Shown in pieces: positions 23,122 to 32,604 of a stretch of DNA of 64,000 nucleotides (position 1 is its first letter; each line of letters opens with the position of its first letter). Source of the stretch: Histomonas meleagridis 2922-C6/04-290x (Eukaryota > Protista > Parabasalia); NCBI GenBank assembly GCA_020184695.1, contig JAANOX010000055.1:186001-250000 (forward strand), given 5' to 3'. The position numbers were made by a program, and so were the translations under genes. The notes under the pieces are model-generated. The model was not told where the DNA came from. It worked only from the letters and a program-made list of their open reading frames with translations, and ran no database searches.

Positions 23122-23892
23122 AGTTTGGTTGTATCGTTGTCAAAACTGAAGTTCATTTCACATGTCTGTGTACGATAGAACTTTTGGTAAAACTTTAACT
23201 TGATTTTCTTCTTTAACAGGCAGAACTAAAATCTTTTTGAGTCAAAGTATTCACTACTATCTAAATATGAATAACGAACATTTGTCTTCTTATTTCAATG
23301 TTATAAGTTCCAAAGTGTATAATTTAACAGTACGAACCAAACAAATCGCCGTGACTAATTTTTTCATCACCTCTAATACCGGATAAAATGATATTTACTA
23401 AAAATCAATTTTAACGATTCTTTTCTGTTCATTAACTGTAATTTGAAAGATAAAATAAAAGACTTATAAATACCCACAATTTTGATTTTTTATTTTATTA
23501 ATAATGAATTTTTATTTTGCAGATAAAACAGTTTTATATGAAAGCTAGTAAAAATCCTATGCTGAACGAATAAAGGTTACATATGTAACTGATGCTCATA
23601 CAGGACAAAGTATCCCTGAATTACTACAACTTATTCCTGAAAAAACGTAATCAATAACATCTCATGAATAATCCAAGGTGTAAAAAGAAAAATGGGACAT
23701 TCTTTGGGATTCCATGTTGTTTGTTATAAGCGCCTTATGTTTTTATCATTTTTTTTTTTTTGGGAGAATACAATTAAATTGATCATCGATTCTATTTTAC
23801 ATTATATATTTAACTCTTCATTTTTATATGCATTCATCGAATTAGAAAATAAACATTTTTCAAAACAATTTTTTTTTAATTTAATGTGCTTT

Positions 23893-26071
23893 TTACAGAA
23901 AATCAAAGTGTTTAATAATCAGATTAACTATTTCTGTGTAACCATTTATAGATGCATAAGTCAGTGCTGTATTAAATAATGAGAATAATTACCAAATATT
24001 ATACTAAAATATCAAATTAAAAATACAAATATTAAATAAAACAAATAAATGTTTTGGTCATTAATATCAATTTCTTTCTGTTCGAGAAGTAATTTGACTA
24101 TTTCTAGGTTTCCATTTTGAGATGCGTTTATAAGTGCTGTATCAAATAATATGAAGAATTTCCAAATATTATTTTTAAACATTAAAATAATAAAACCAAT
24201 ATTATATTAAAAAAATGAATATTTTTATTATTAATATCAATTCCTTTTTGTTCGAGAAGCAATTTAACTATTTCGGTTTGATCATTTTCAGATGCAACCA
24301 TAAGTGCTGTATCAAATAATATAAATAATTACCAAAAATTGTGAAAAAATATAAAATTTTTAAAATAAATATTAAATAAAACAAACAAATAGTTTTTGCA
24401 TTAATATCAATATTTTCTTGTTCAAGAAATAGTTTAACTATTTCTAATTGACCTATTAAAGAAGCACTTATAAGTGCTGTTTCAAATAATTTGAAAAATT
24501 TCCAAATATTATTTTGAAATAAAAAATTATTAATATGAATATAAATTAAAGTAAATAAATATTTTTGACATTAATATCAAAATCTTCTTGTTCAAGAAAT
24601 AGTTTAACTATTTCTATATTACCTTTTAAAGATGCCATTATAAGTGCTGTATTGAACAAATCAAATAATTTCCAAATATTATTTTGAAACATTAAATGAT
24701 TAAAATGGATATTAAATAAAACAAAAAAATATCTTTAACATTAATATCAATTCCTTTATGTTCAAGAAGTAATTTGACAATTTTTGTATAACCATTTCTT
24801 GATGCATAAGTAAGTGCTGTATTAAATAAATTAAATTATTTCCAAATATTATTTTGAAATATCAAATTATTAAATTAAATTCTAAATAAAACAAATATAT
24901 ATCTTTAGCATTAATATCAATTCCTTTTTGCTAAAGAAGTAATTCAACTATTTCTATATGTTCATTTAGAGATGCCCAAATTAATGCTGTTTTAAATGAT
25001 TTGCATAATTTCCAAATATTATTTTGAAATATCAAATCATAAAAACAAATATTAAATAAAACAAATAAATATCTTTGTCATTAACATCAATTCCTTCTTG
25101 TTCAAGAAGTAATTTAACTATTTCTATATAACCTTTTAAACATGCATAAATAAGTGTTGTATGAAATAATTTAAATAATTTCCAAATTTTATTTTGAAAT
25201 TTCATGATATAAAATCTAATATCAAATAAAACAAATAAATATTTTTAGCATTAACATCAATTCCCTCTTGTTCAAGAAGTAATTGAACTGTCTTTTTATG
25301 ACCATAATAAGATGCCATTATAAGTGCTGTATTAAATAAATTAAATAATCCCCCAAATATTATTTTGAAACATTAAATGATTAAAATGGATATTAAATAA
25401 AACAAAAAAATATCTTTAACATTAATATCAATTCCTTTATGTTCAAGAAGTAATTTGACAATTTTTGTATAACCATTTCTTGATGCATAAGTAAGTGCTG
25501 TATTAAATAAATTAAATTATTTCCAAATATTATTTTGAAATATCAAATTATTAAATTAAATTCTAAATAAAACAAATATATATCTTTAGCATTAATATCA
25601 ATTCCTTTTTGCTAAAGAAGTAATTTAGCGATTTCTATTTTACTGAATCTTAATGCAAACATAAGTGCTGTTTCAAATAATTTAAACAATTCCCAAATAT
25701 TACCTCAAAATATTAAATTATTATAAAAAATATTATATAAAATATATGAATATCTTTTACATTTATATCAATTCCTTTATGTTCAAGAAGCACTTGAACT
25801 AATTCTATATTATCTCTTAAAGATGCATGCATAAGTGCTGTTTCAAATATTTACATTATTTTCCAAATATTATTTTGAAATATCAAATTATTAAAACAAA
25901 TATCAAACAAAGCGATTAAATATCTTTATCATTAACATCAATTCCTTTTTGTTTAAGAAGTAATTTAACTATTTTTATATGACCTTTTAATGATGTAATC
26001 ATAAGTGCTGTATGAATCAATTTAAATAATTTCCAAATATTATTTTGAAATAGAAATTAAAACATTTAAAT
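23893..26071 (-). repeat. Array of 13 ankyrin coding modules, each preceded by an AT-rich non-coding spacer; 170-nt period
   Basis: Modules are TAL..AS..G..EIVKLLLEQKGIDINAKD, 90 nt each (last 78 nt, ending in TAA at 23893). Spacers: 26071-26012 (60 nt), 25921-25842, 25751-25672, 25581-25502 (80), 25411-25331 (81), 25240-25161, 25070-24991, 24900-24821, 24730-24651, 24560-24481, 24390-24311, 24220-24141, 24050-23971 (80 each). Confidence 0.95.
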
Positions 26072-27255
26072 ATCTTTAATATTAATATTGATTCCTTGTT
26101 TTAGAAGAAATTTAATCAATTGTTTATGATTATGTGTTGATGCCCATATAAATGTTTTATTAAAAAACTCAATGAAATATTAATATAATTTTTATTTACT
26201 TTGTTAATTCCTTTTTGTTTAAAGACCCATTTTACTACTATAGGATTTCCATTTTCAAGAAGATTTGAAAAAAGATTATTGTTAATATCTTTTCCTTCAT
26301 AAAATCTATGTATAAATGGAAGATTATTTAAACTTATTGATTCAAATTGAAGTGAATTTAAAAAATTTGATTTTGATAAACATTTTTTCTCCGAAAATGA
26401 TAAAACTTCATAATTACCATATTTTAAACATTGTATACCTAAAAAATTAAAATCAATTTTGTGAATTTTTTTATCATACAAATAATGAAAGATATCATTT
26501 CGATGGAATTCAATTGCTGTTTTGAGTATTGAGTAAAATGTTGAATTGTTTTGTTCACATAAATGAATAATTTCTATATTTCCTCCAACAATTCCATATT
26601 TTAATGTGTTTTGAACTTTTGATCCATTAATAAGCAAAAATTTAAAACATTTGACCGACCCAAAAAATGCGCAAAAATCAAGTAATGATACATTTTCATT
26701 TTGATTCGTGATAAATGTGTATTTTTCATAAGATGATTTATCAATTATTTGATTAAAATTAAAACTATTTTGTGTTGATATTTCTTGTAATTCTTCTAAA
26801 TCATCTTTTCGAAGAATTTCGATTATATGATCTTGTTTTTCTTCGTTTGGTTTATTTATAATGTTTTTAATATAATATGAAAGTTTTTTAGGTATCATTT
26901 CATGTTTGTTCATTTCTATAAGAAAATGTTTGGATTCATATGTATTCATTTGATAAAGATACATTGTTAATACTTCAAGTAATTTCGGAAAATTTAAATT
27001 TTTTATATTTGTTAATAAATTTAAAAATGATACATATAAGCTTACATTTTTATTTTGTGTAAAATAAGACATATAAATAAACTGTACAATATAAAATTCA
27101 TAAAGCAAAGGACAACTTGGTTGTATTTCGAGTAACTTTGAAACTTCTTGAGATATTAGTTTGAGGTTGTTCTCATTTAATTCGATAATCAACTTCTCGA
27201 CTTTAATGACTTCGTCTGGAACAAGTTGGCGGTGCGTTTCCATGAAAATAAGCAC
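23893..27255 (-). CDS. DUF3447-domain plus ankyrin-repeat protein: N-terminal ORF 26116..27255 continued by the interrupted ankyrin array
   Basis: The ORF has LRKDDLEELQEIS, LLDFCAFFGSVKCFKFLL and GGNIEIIHLCEQ (DUF3447-type) and runs into an ankyrin repeat. Downstream modules are collinear and end at TAAA. The full model needs removal of the spacers, and modules 3 and 7 carry TAG. Confidence 0.7.
26168..26199 (-). other. Candidate 32-nt GT-AG intron (GTAAAT...CATTGAG)
   Basis: Removal restores the frame (KQKGINK-FFNKTFIWAS). Branch spacing is not typical and it leaves a short ankyrin linker, so a non-canonical junction is also possible. Confidence 0.5.
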
Positions 27256-27359
27256 TTTTGAAACAGGTGATTATTTTGAATTCAAAATTGAATGCAAATT
27301 ATCGGATAAAAAATAAATAAAAACAAGAATACCTTTATTTAAAAAGGTGAAAGCTTGTT

Positions 27360-27656
27360 TCAAGCTTTTCGTATGCTATTGCAGATCTCTTCTAATTTGA
27401 TGGGAAAAATATGCATCAGATCCTGATAAAAGGAACCTTCAATTTTTCCTTCTGAATCAATTTGGAATTTTTCTATTGCAAGGGCAGCCTCCTTAGGTTC
27501 TTGCACTTTGATGCTACACCTTAAGTGATAATTACCAAATTGATCAGCTACAAAATAGTCTTCAATTCGACTCATCACCATCAAAGGAACATGAGCCTCA
27601 AAGATGAGCGATGAGATTGAAAGCGTAAGAATCAGGAAAGCCAAAAGTTTCCACAA
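27360..27656 (-). CDS. Small hypothetical protein (probably from internal ATG, MSRIEDYF..., about 65 aa)
   Basis: Open frame with protein-like composition; no family recognised. Confidence 0.4.
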   Translation of the reverse strand: MWKLLAFLILTLSISSLIFEAHVPLMVMSRIEDYFVADQFGNYHLRCSIKVQEPKEAALAIEKFQIDSEGKIEGSFYQDLMHIFPIKLEEICNSIRKA

Positions 27657-27718
27657 AACGCCTTTGGACGATCCATGATTTAAAACAATGCATATTGAAA
27701 TGAAAGCGTTTTAAAACG

Positions 27719-29740
27719 TTAATCATCATCGTCAAACCCAAAGAGATAATTTTCAGGTATGAAATCATAACAAATGACTGCAATTATGTCTTTAATTGCA
27801 TTTTTGAATTCTTCTTTTTGTTGGGATTGAAGTGTTTCATTCACCCGTTTCATGAATTTGTGGAAATATGCACCGATTTGATATTCATTTTGTGTATCGA
27901 ATATTCTCATCCAAACTGGGAATGGAATTGGTTGAATCAATTCGTTATAATGAAATATTTGCATAAGTAATTTCCAGTTATATTTCATGATAACTTTCGG
28001 TATGTAATTTCGTATTTTGATACTTCCAATTAATATATAAATAATATCTAAACCATATTTCTTCAAAATTTCACCATTCGTTTGATTTATAAATCTTTCA
28101 ATAGCTTTAATGATATTAATGTTTTCGAATGCATCATAATTATGAAGAAATGAAACACATTTATCCATTAAGAAATCAATGTATCCCAATGAAATATTAA
28201 AATGTGATGAAAGTAAAATTGCTTCACTACTTAATATTGGAATATTCATTCTTAATGCCGGAACAATTAAATATTTAAATATTTGATCCCAATATTGTTC
28301 GCATTGTGGAAAATTATCACGTAATTGACTTAAGAAAGTGAAATAACATGGTAATATTTGTTGCCTTTGAAAATATATTTGGAACATAAATTCAATTGGC
28401 TTATTATTTACAATAGAAATATCAAAGATAACCAAATGCAAAATGTATGCAATATTTTGTTCTGAAGCATTTGGCTCAAAAACATAATTTATTGCATTGT
28501 CAAAAATTTGTTGAATACCAATAATCAATGGGCAAAAAAGACTTATGAATCGAATTTCAGTTTCCTGTATATATATATATATGTTTGAATATTCAAAAAG
28601 CCTTTGCCAATACATTATACATTGTCGAGCATCTTGAAGTAGGAAACCAAACTCATTCCAGAATTTATTATTGAAGGCATCATATATTTGATATTTAAAT
28701 GTATTTAAGAATGCAATGTCTTGTTCATGATACACTTTATTTTCGATTCGATTTAGAATGAATTTTGCTATTTTTGTCCAAAACATCCAAAATGTTTTAG
28801 TTAAAGGAATGTTTAATAGCATTTGAATTAATGTATTCATGGTGCTTCCATTATTTGATGGATGTAATGTTTGAATGTTTTCATTTATTATCATCTTGAA
28901 ATATTTCATTGTAATTTTCGATAATAAATTATCTCGTTCAGGTAATAAAGAACAAGATTTCTGAGATAAAATATAAATTAATCTATTGCCATAATTCACA
29001 TAGAACTTTCTCTCTTTCCTTTTAATAAATACAATATAAACAAATTTAAGAATATCATTTGGTATCGCAAAGTTAAAAATACTATCCCATAAAGCATCTA
29101 AAAAATTTTCAACAATAAATGAATTACACCACTTAAAGAAAGAAAGACTTCGGAAAAGAAGTGGAATTGTTATTTCAGGAAACACTTTGATTTGATTAAG
29201 TATAATATCTTTACACATCAGGACATAATTTTTGAGTTGTTGCCTATAAATATGAGATATATTGGGTGAACTATCAATGACTTTAACGAATGTGCAAAAT
29301 ACTGCAAATGAAACTTCTATAGGTAATAACGGTTGATTTATATCATGAGGGAAGATAATTTGGGTGAAATCATGCCATTGAGGCCAATCATAAATTGCAA
29401 TATGCGATATACAATTACACATATGTGGAAACGTTGGTGTTTTATATTGACTTGTTATTGTATTTATTAAAAAAGATTTGATTCCTTCTTTTACATCTGG
29501 TGTCATTTTTGGCCATAAACATGATAGGTTTTGGTCAAGGTATTTTGCAACAGCTTCCATAGGAACGTTAGTTTTTAAATGACAAATAGATTGTTCAAGT
29601 ACAAAAAAACTTTTGAGTGCTTCATATGCTTGTAAATTCTCCTCACTTTGTTGGACCAAAGCATCAGACATTACAGCGATTTCAGGTATGGTTGACAACA
29701 TGACATCCAAAACTTTTGATTTGAGGAAAACGTTTTCCAA
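27719..29740 (-). CDS. HEAT-repeat protein with exportin-1/Xpo1-like N-terminal region
   Basis: MCNCISHIAIYDWPQWHDF resembles the Xpo1 domain signature; the remainder is helical and divergent. Confidence 0.5.
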   Translation of the reverse strand: MENVFLKSKVLDVMLSTIPEIAVMSDALVQQSEENLQAYEALKSFFVLEQSICHLKTNVPMEAVAKYLDQNLSCLWPKMTPDVKEGIKSFLINTITSQYKTPTFPHMCNCISHIAIYDWPQWHDFTQIIFPHDINQPLLPIEVSFAVFCTFVKVIDSSPNISHIYRQQLKNYVLMCKDIILNQIKVFPEITIPLLFRSLSFFKWCNSFIVENFLDALWDSIFNFAIPNDILKFVYIVFIKRKERKFYVNYGNRLIYILSQKSCSLLPERDNLLSKITMKYFKMIINENIQTLHPSNNGSTMNTLIQMLLNIPLTKTFWMFWTKIAKFILNRIENKVYHEQDIAFLNTFKYQIYDAFNNKFWNEFGFLLQDARQCIMYWQRLFEYSNIYIYIQETEIRFISLFCPLIIGIQQIFDNAINYVFEPNASEQNIAYILHLVIFDISIVNNKPIEFMFQIYFQRQQILPCYFTFLSQLRDNFPQCEQYWDQIFKYLIVPALRMNIPILSSEAILLSSHFNISLGYIDFLMDKCVSFLHNYDAFENINIIKAIERFINQTNGEILKKYGLDIIYILIGSIKIRNYIPKVIMKYNWKLLMQIFHYNELIQPIPFPVWMRIFDTQNEYQIGAYFHKFMKRVNETLQSQQKEEFKNAIKDIIAVICYDFIPENYLFGFDDDD

Positions 29741-30132
29741 AATTTCAGTATAGAAAAAAACGTCATCCAGTCAATTTTTTCTATTAAACCGTTGATTTTT
29801 TGCCTTTTCGAATACAATAGTTTATTCTTATTTCTGAGGTTATTCAACCCTATATATAGTTATTTTACAGGTAAAATTTTACGTTTTAACGGTCGCTAAG
29901 CAGAAAAATTGAAACAACGCAAACCTACCAAACCCTGTTTATTTTCTATGGGACAAACACATTAATTCCATCAATTTTGGAATAATAATCCATTCCATTA
30001 AAATTGAGATTTTATTTAACCAAATAACATAACATTTACCACATAAAATTTTCATTACATCTTTTAACGAATTTAATGCTATTCGACAATTATTATCTTC
30101 TCAAAGTATTTTTTAAACAATTTGACATAAAT

Positions 30133-32043
30133 TTATTGTTTAATGAAATCTTCTTTTTGTATTTTCACATATATCGAACCCAATTTTTGTTCTTTTTTCT
30201 CTTCATTTTCTTTCTTCGGCTTCTTCAAGTCGACTTTTATTGGTTTCTCTTCATCGAAATCGATTTTCTTCAAGCTCAATGACGCGTAACCGATTTCGAT
30301 GTTTTTATTATTCTTTCCGACATTGTACATATGGAAGTGGAGCTGATCCTTTTTGTTTGCTGCCTTCTTAAATCTGAACGCCTGGTTAAACTTCGGATTG
30401 TTTGAGTTTCCAATGATATCTGTTTTCACGTCGTCGATATTTATATTATCTTCGACCAGTTTCATTATTACGAATGAATTCTTCGTTGGAATATTTTTCG
30501 CTTCGATAATTTCACCCGATAAAACTATTCGATCGACTTTCGGATATATCAAGTTCTTATGTAAGTGATGATATTTCTCTTCTGCGGAGTTAATTCCGGA
30601 GAGTTTATATGATACTGATGAACTACTAATAGTAGAAAACCCATTAGAATAACTTGTCCCATATGAGCCCAACGAAAACGAATTACAATGACTGCCATCA
30701 TCATTAACAAATTCGATATCAGACGCACTTCGCTCTTCGACATAATCCATGATAACTGAACTTTGTCTTGAGATTCCATGGAATGGTTTATCGCCTTTCT
30801 TCACAATATGAATACGGAACAATAATTTACACGTTTCGCCAGTGGATAACTGAATTGGAATCGATCCTTTCTGTGCTCCATCGGGTATACTATTAAAGTT
30901 AATTAAACTTTTGTCCGATTTCTTTCCGTTGTTATCTACTAAGTACACTTGGAGTCCTTGCGTTTTAACATTATCAATATTAAAACATTTCTGCTCGCGA
31001 AGTCGTAAACTTCCCATTGTCGTTGGCCGTGCTGTATGTGTCTTTTGTTTCTGGTGGTTATTTGTGTTCTCGAGTTTGGAGACTAAGTAATATTGAAGAT
31101 TTGTTGGAGCTGACTCAATTGTTATGAATTGTATCCACGCTTCATATGGCTGGTAACTAAATGGCTTGTCGACAAATGGTTTATCACGCGCTTTGGCAAT
31201 GTGGATACGGACTTTAAGGACACCGGCATCGCCTTTGTTGGACTTCATGTCGCGCTTTGGCTGGTAATCAATGGTTTTGTTGAGTTTCACTAAAATTGTG
31301 TTCTTGACTCCGTATGTTAAAGAGTTAAGATTGACGCGGCCATATGCAATGCATTTGTCCTTGTCGGAATCTTTCGATTTACTGTAGATGTAAAAGCGGA
31401 GAGTGTCACTGCCAATGTAGAAACCATTGAGCGAAAAGCGCTCGTTCCATACTGGATGTAATGTCTTCTTCTTGGTTTTGGTGGTATATGACTCTGCCGT
31501 ACCACGGACTTGAACAGTGACATAAGGGTTTGGCCTTTTCTTATGAGCAAACGGTAAAATACCTTTAGCTGATATGATTCTCATATGATACTTATACCCT
31601 GGCTTGGATTTCTTGGATGACTTTTTGGTGGATGGTGGTGGGGTTGAAGAAATTGGACGAAGACATAATGTAAAGTGGAATTCAGCTGTGAATTGTTGGT
31701 CATCTATTTGATAACCAATTTGATTCTTGCAACTTGCTTGAGTGCCATCAGTTTTGAGTTGATTAATAGGATAAACAATTTGTTTCATGATTGGCCTTTG
31801 ATCATCATCTTCTTTTTCATATAGATCAATTAATAAATTCTCATCTGGGTCAGTGATTTCAAAAGTGAATTGCTCGTTCCATTGCGGGTCAGCATTATTT
31901 TTAATGAGTTTTGTAGTTTTTGCTTCAGATAAATCTTGACTTCCAAGTCTAACACATGCATATGTAGATGGAGCTTCGATATCTAAGTTCATGGAGCGAA
32001 TTGATTTGGCTCCAATTATCTTAACTTCAAGGATTTTGCTCAT
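30133..32043 (-). CDS. Multi-C2-domain protein
   Basis: Three C2-like units (LEVKIIGAK...NADPQWNEQFTF; MRIISAK...TLHPVWNERF; EIIEAKNI...NPKFNQAF) with a Ser-rich linker. Confidence 0.88.
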   Translation of the reverse strand: MSKILEVKIIGAKSIRSMNLDIEAPSTYACVRLGSQDLSEAKTTKLIKNNADPQWNEQFTFEITDPDENLLIDLYEKEDDDQRPIMKQIVYPINQLKTDGTQASCKNQIGYQIDDQQFTAEFHFTLCLRPISSTPPPSTKKSSKKSKPGYKYHMRIISAKGILPFAHKKRPNPYVTVQVRGTAESYTTKTKKKTLHPVWNERFSLNGFYIGSDTLRFYIYSKSKDSDKDKCIAYGRVNLNSLTYGVKNTILVKLNKTIDYQPKRDMKSNKGDAGVLKVRIHIAKARDKPFVDKPFSYQPYEAWIQFITIESAPTNLQYYLVSKLENTNNHQKQKTHTARPTTMGSLRLREQKCFNIDNVKTQGLQVYLVDNNGKKSDKSLINFNSIPDGAQKGSIPIQLSTGETCKLLFRIHIVKKGDKPFHGISRQSSVIMDYVEERSASDIEFVNDDGSHCNSFSLGSYGTSYSNGFSTISSSSVSYKLSGINSAEEKYHHLHKNLIYPKVDRIVLSGEIIEAKNIPTKNSFVIMKLVEDNINIDDVKTDIIGNSNNPKFNQAFRFKKAANKKDQLHFHMYNVGKNNKNIEIGYASLSLKKIDFDEEKPIKVDLKKPKKENEEKKEQKLGSIYVKIQKEDFIKQ

Positions 32044-32604
32044 TCGAAATTGACGCTCTTACGATTAATTCAAATGTCAAATAGAAGTTTCTGTTAATTC
32101 TGTTCATCTTCTTTCTCAAACAACTTTTTCAATTGTTATCAAATCACCTCACAAAATGAAACCCGACTGTGCGCTCTGAAATTCAATTATTCGATCCGTG
32201 TCACTTTCCTGATCAATTATCGTAAAAAAAAGAGGCTTGTCAGCTTTTTGACTATTTTACATTGCTAATGTTTTCTTGGCCAAACAAAAAACAAATAAAA
32301 ATTATTAATGATGATAAATTAAAATGAAACATAGCCAATAAAGCCGATTAGTTTTTAATATATGTCGTCATGATGGTGTAATAAAAATTTAGGATTCATA
32401 ATTGTTGTTTAATGTTTTCCGATAAAAATAATTTTTAAGTAAAATTCAATAATTTCGATTCCTATAGCAATGTCATTTTTTATTACTTGCAAAACGTTTT
32501 TATTATAATTTTAAACACTTTTCGATGTTTCATTTTGATCAAATCCCTAAAGCAGACTTAAGACGTTTACTTCATACGGTTATGTACGTTATGTAATTCG
32601 ACAG

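Noticed and set aside
23580-23750. Protein-like fragment DAHTGQSIPELL... with three in-frame TAA
   Set aside because: No recognisable family, start or continuation; cannot be distinguished from chance or old debris.
23893-26071. CRISPR array or simple minisatellite call for the 170-nt periodic region
   Set aside because: Eukaryotic context, no cas genes, and the conserved part encodes ankyrin helices with codon-structured variation.
23971-26071. Canonical introns from the GT at spacer position 9 to the AG in ACA-GCA
   Set aside because: This removes 76 nt and shifts the frame; two spacers have TAA before the GT, three lack GT/GC there, and module 6 has ACAA rather than ACAG.
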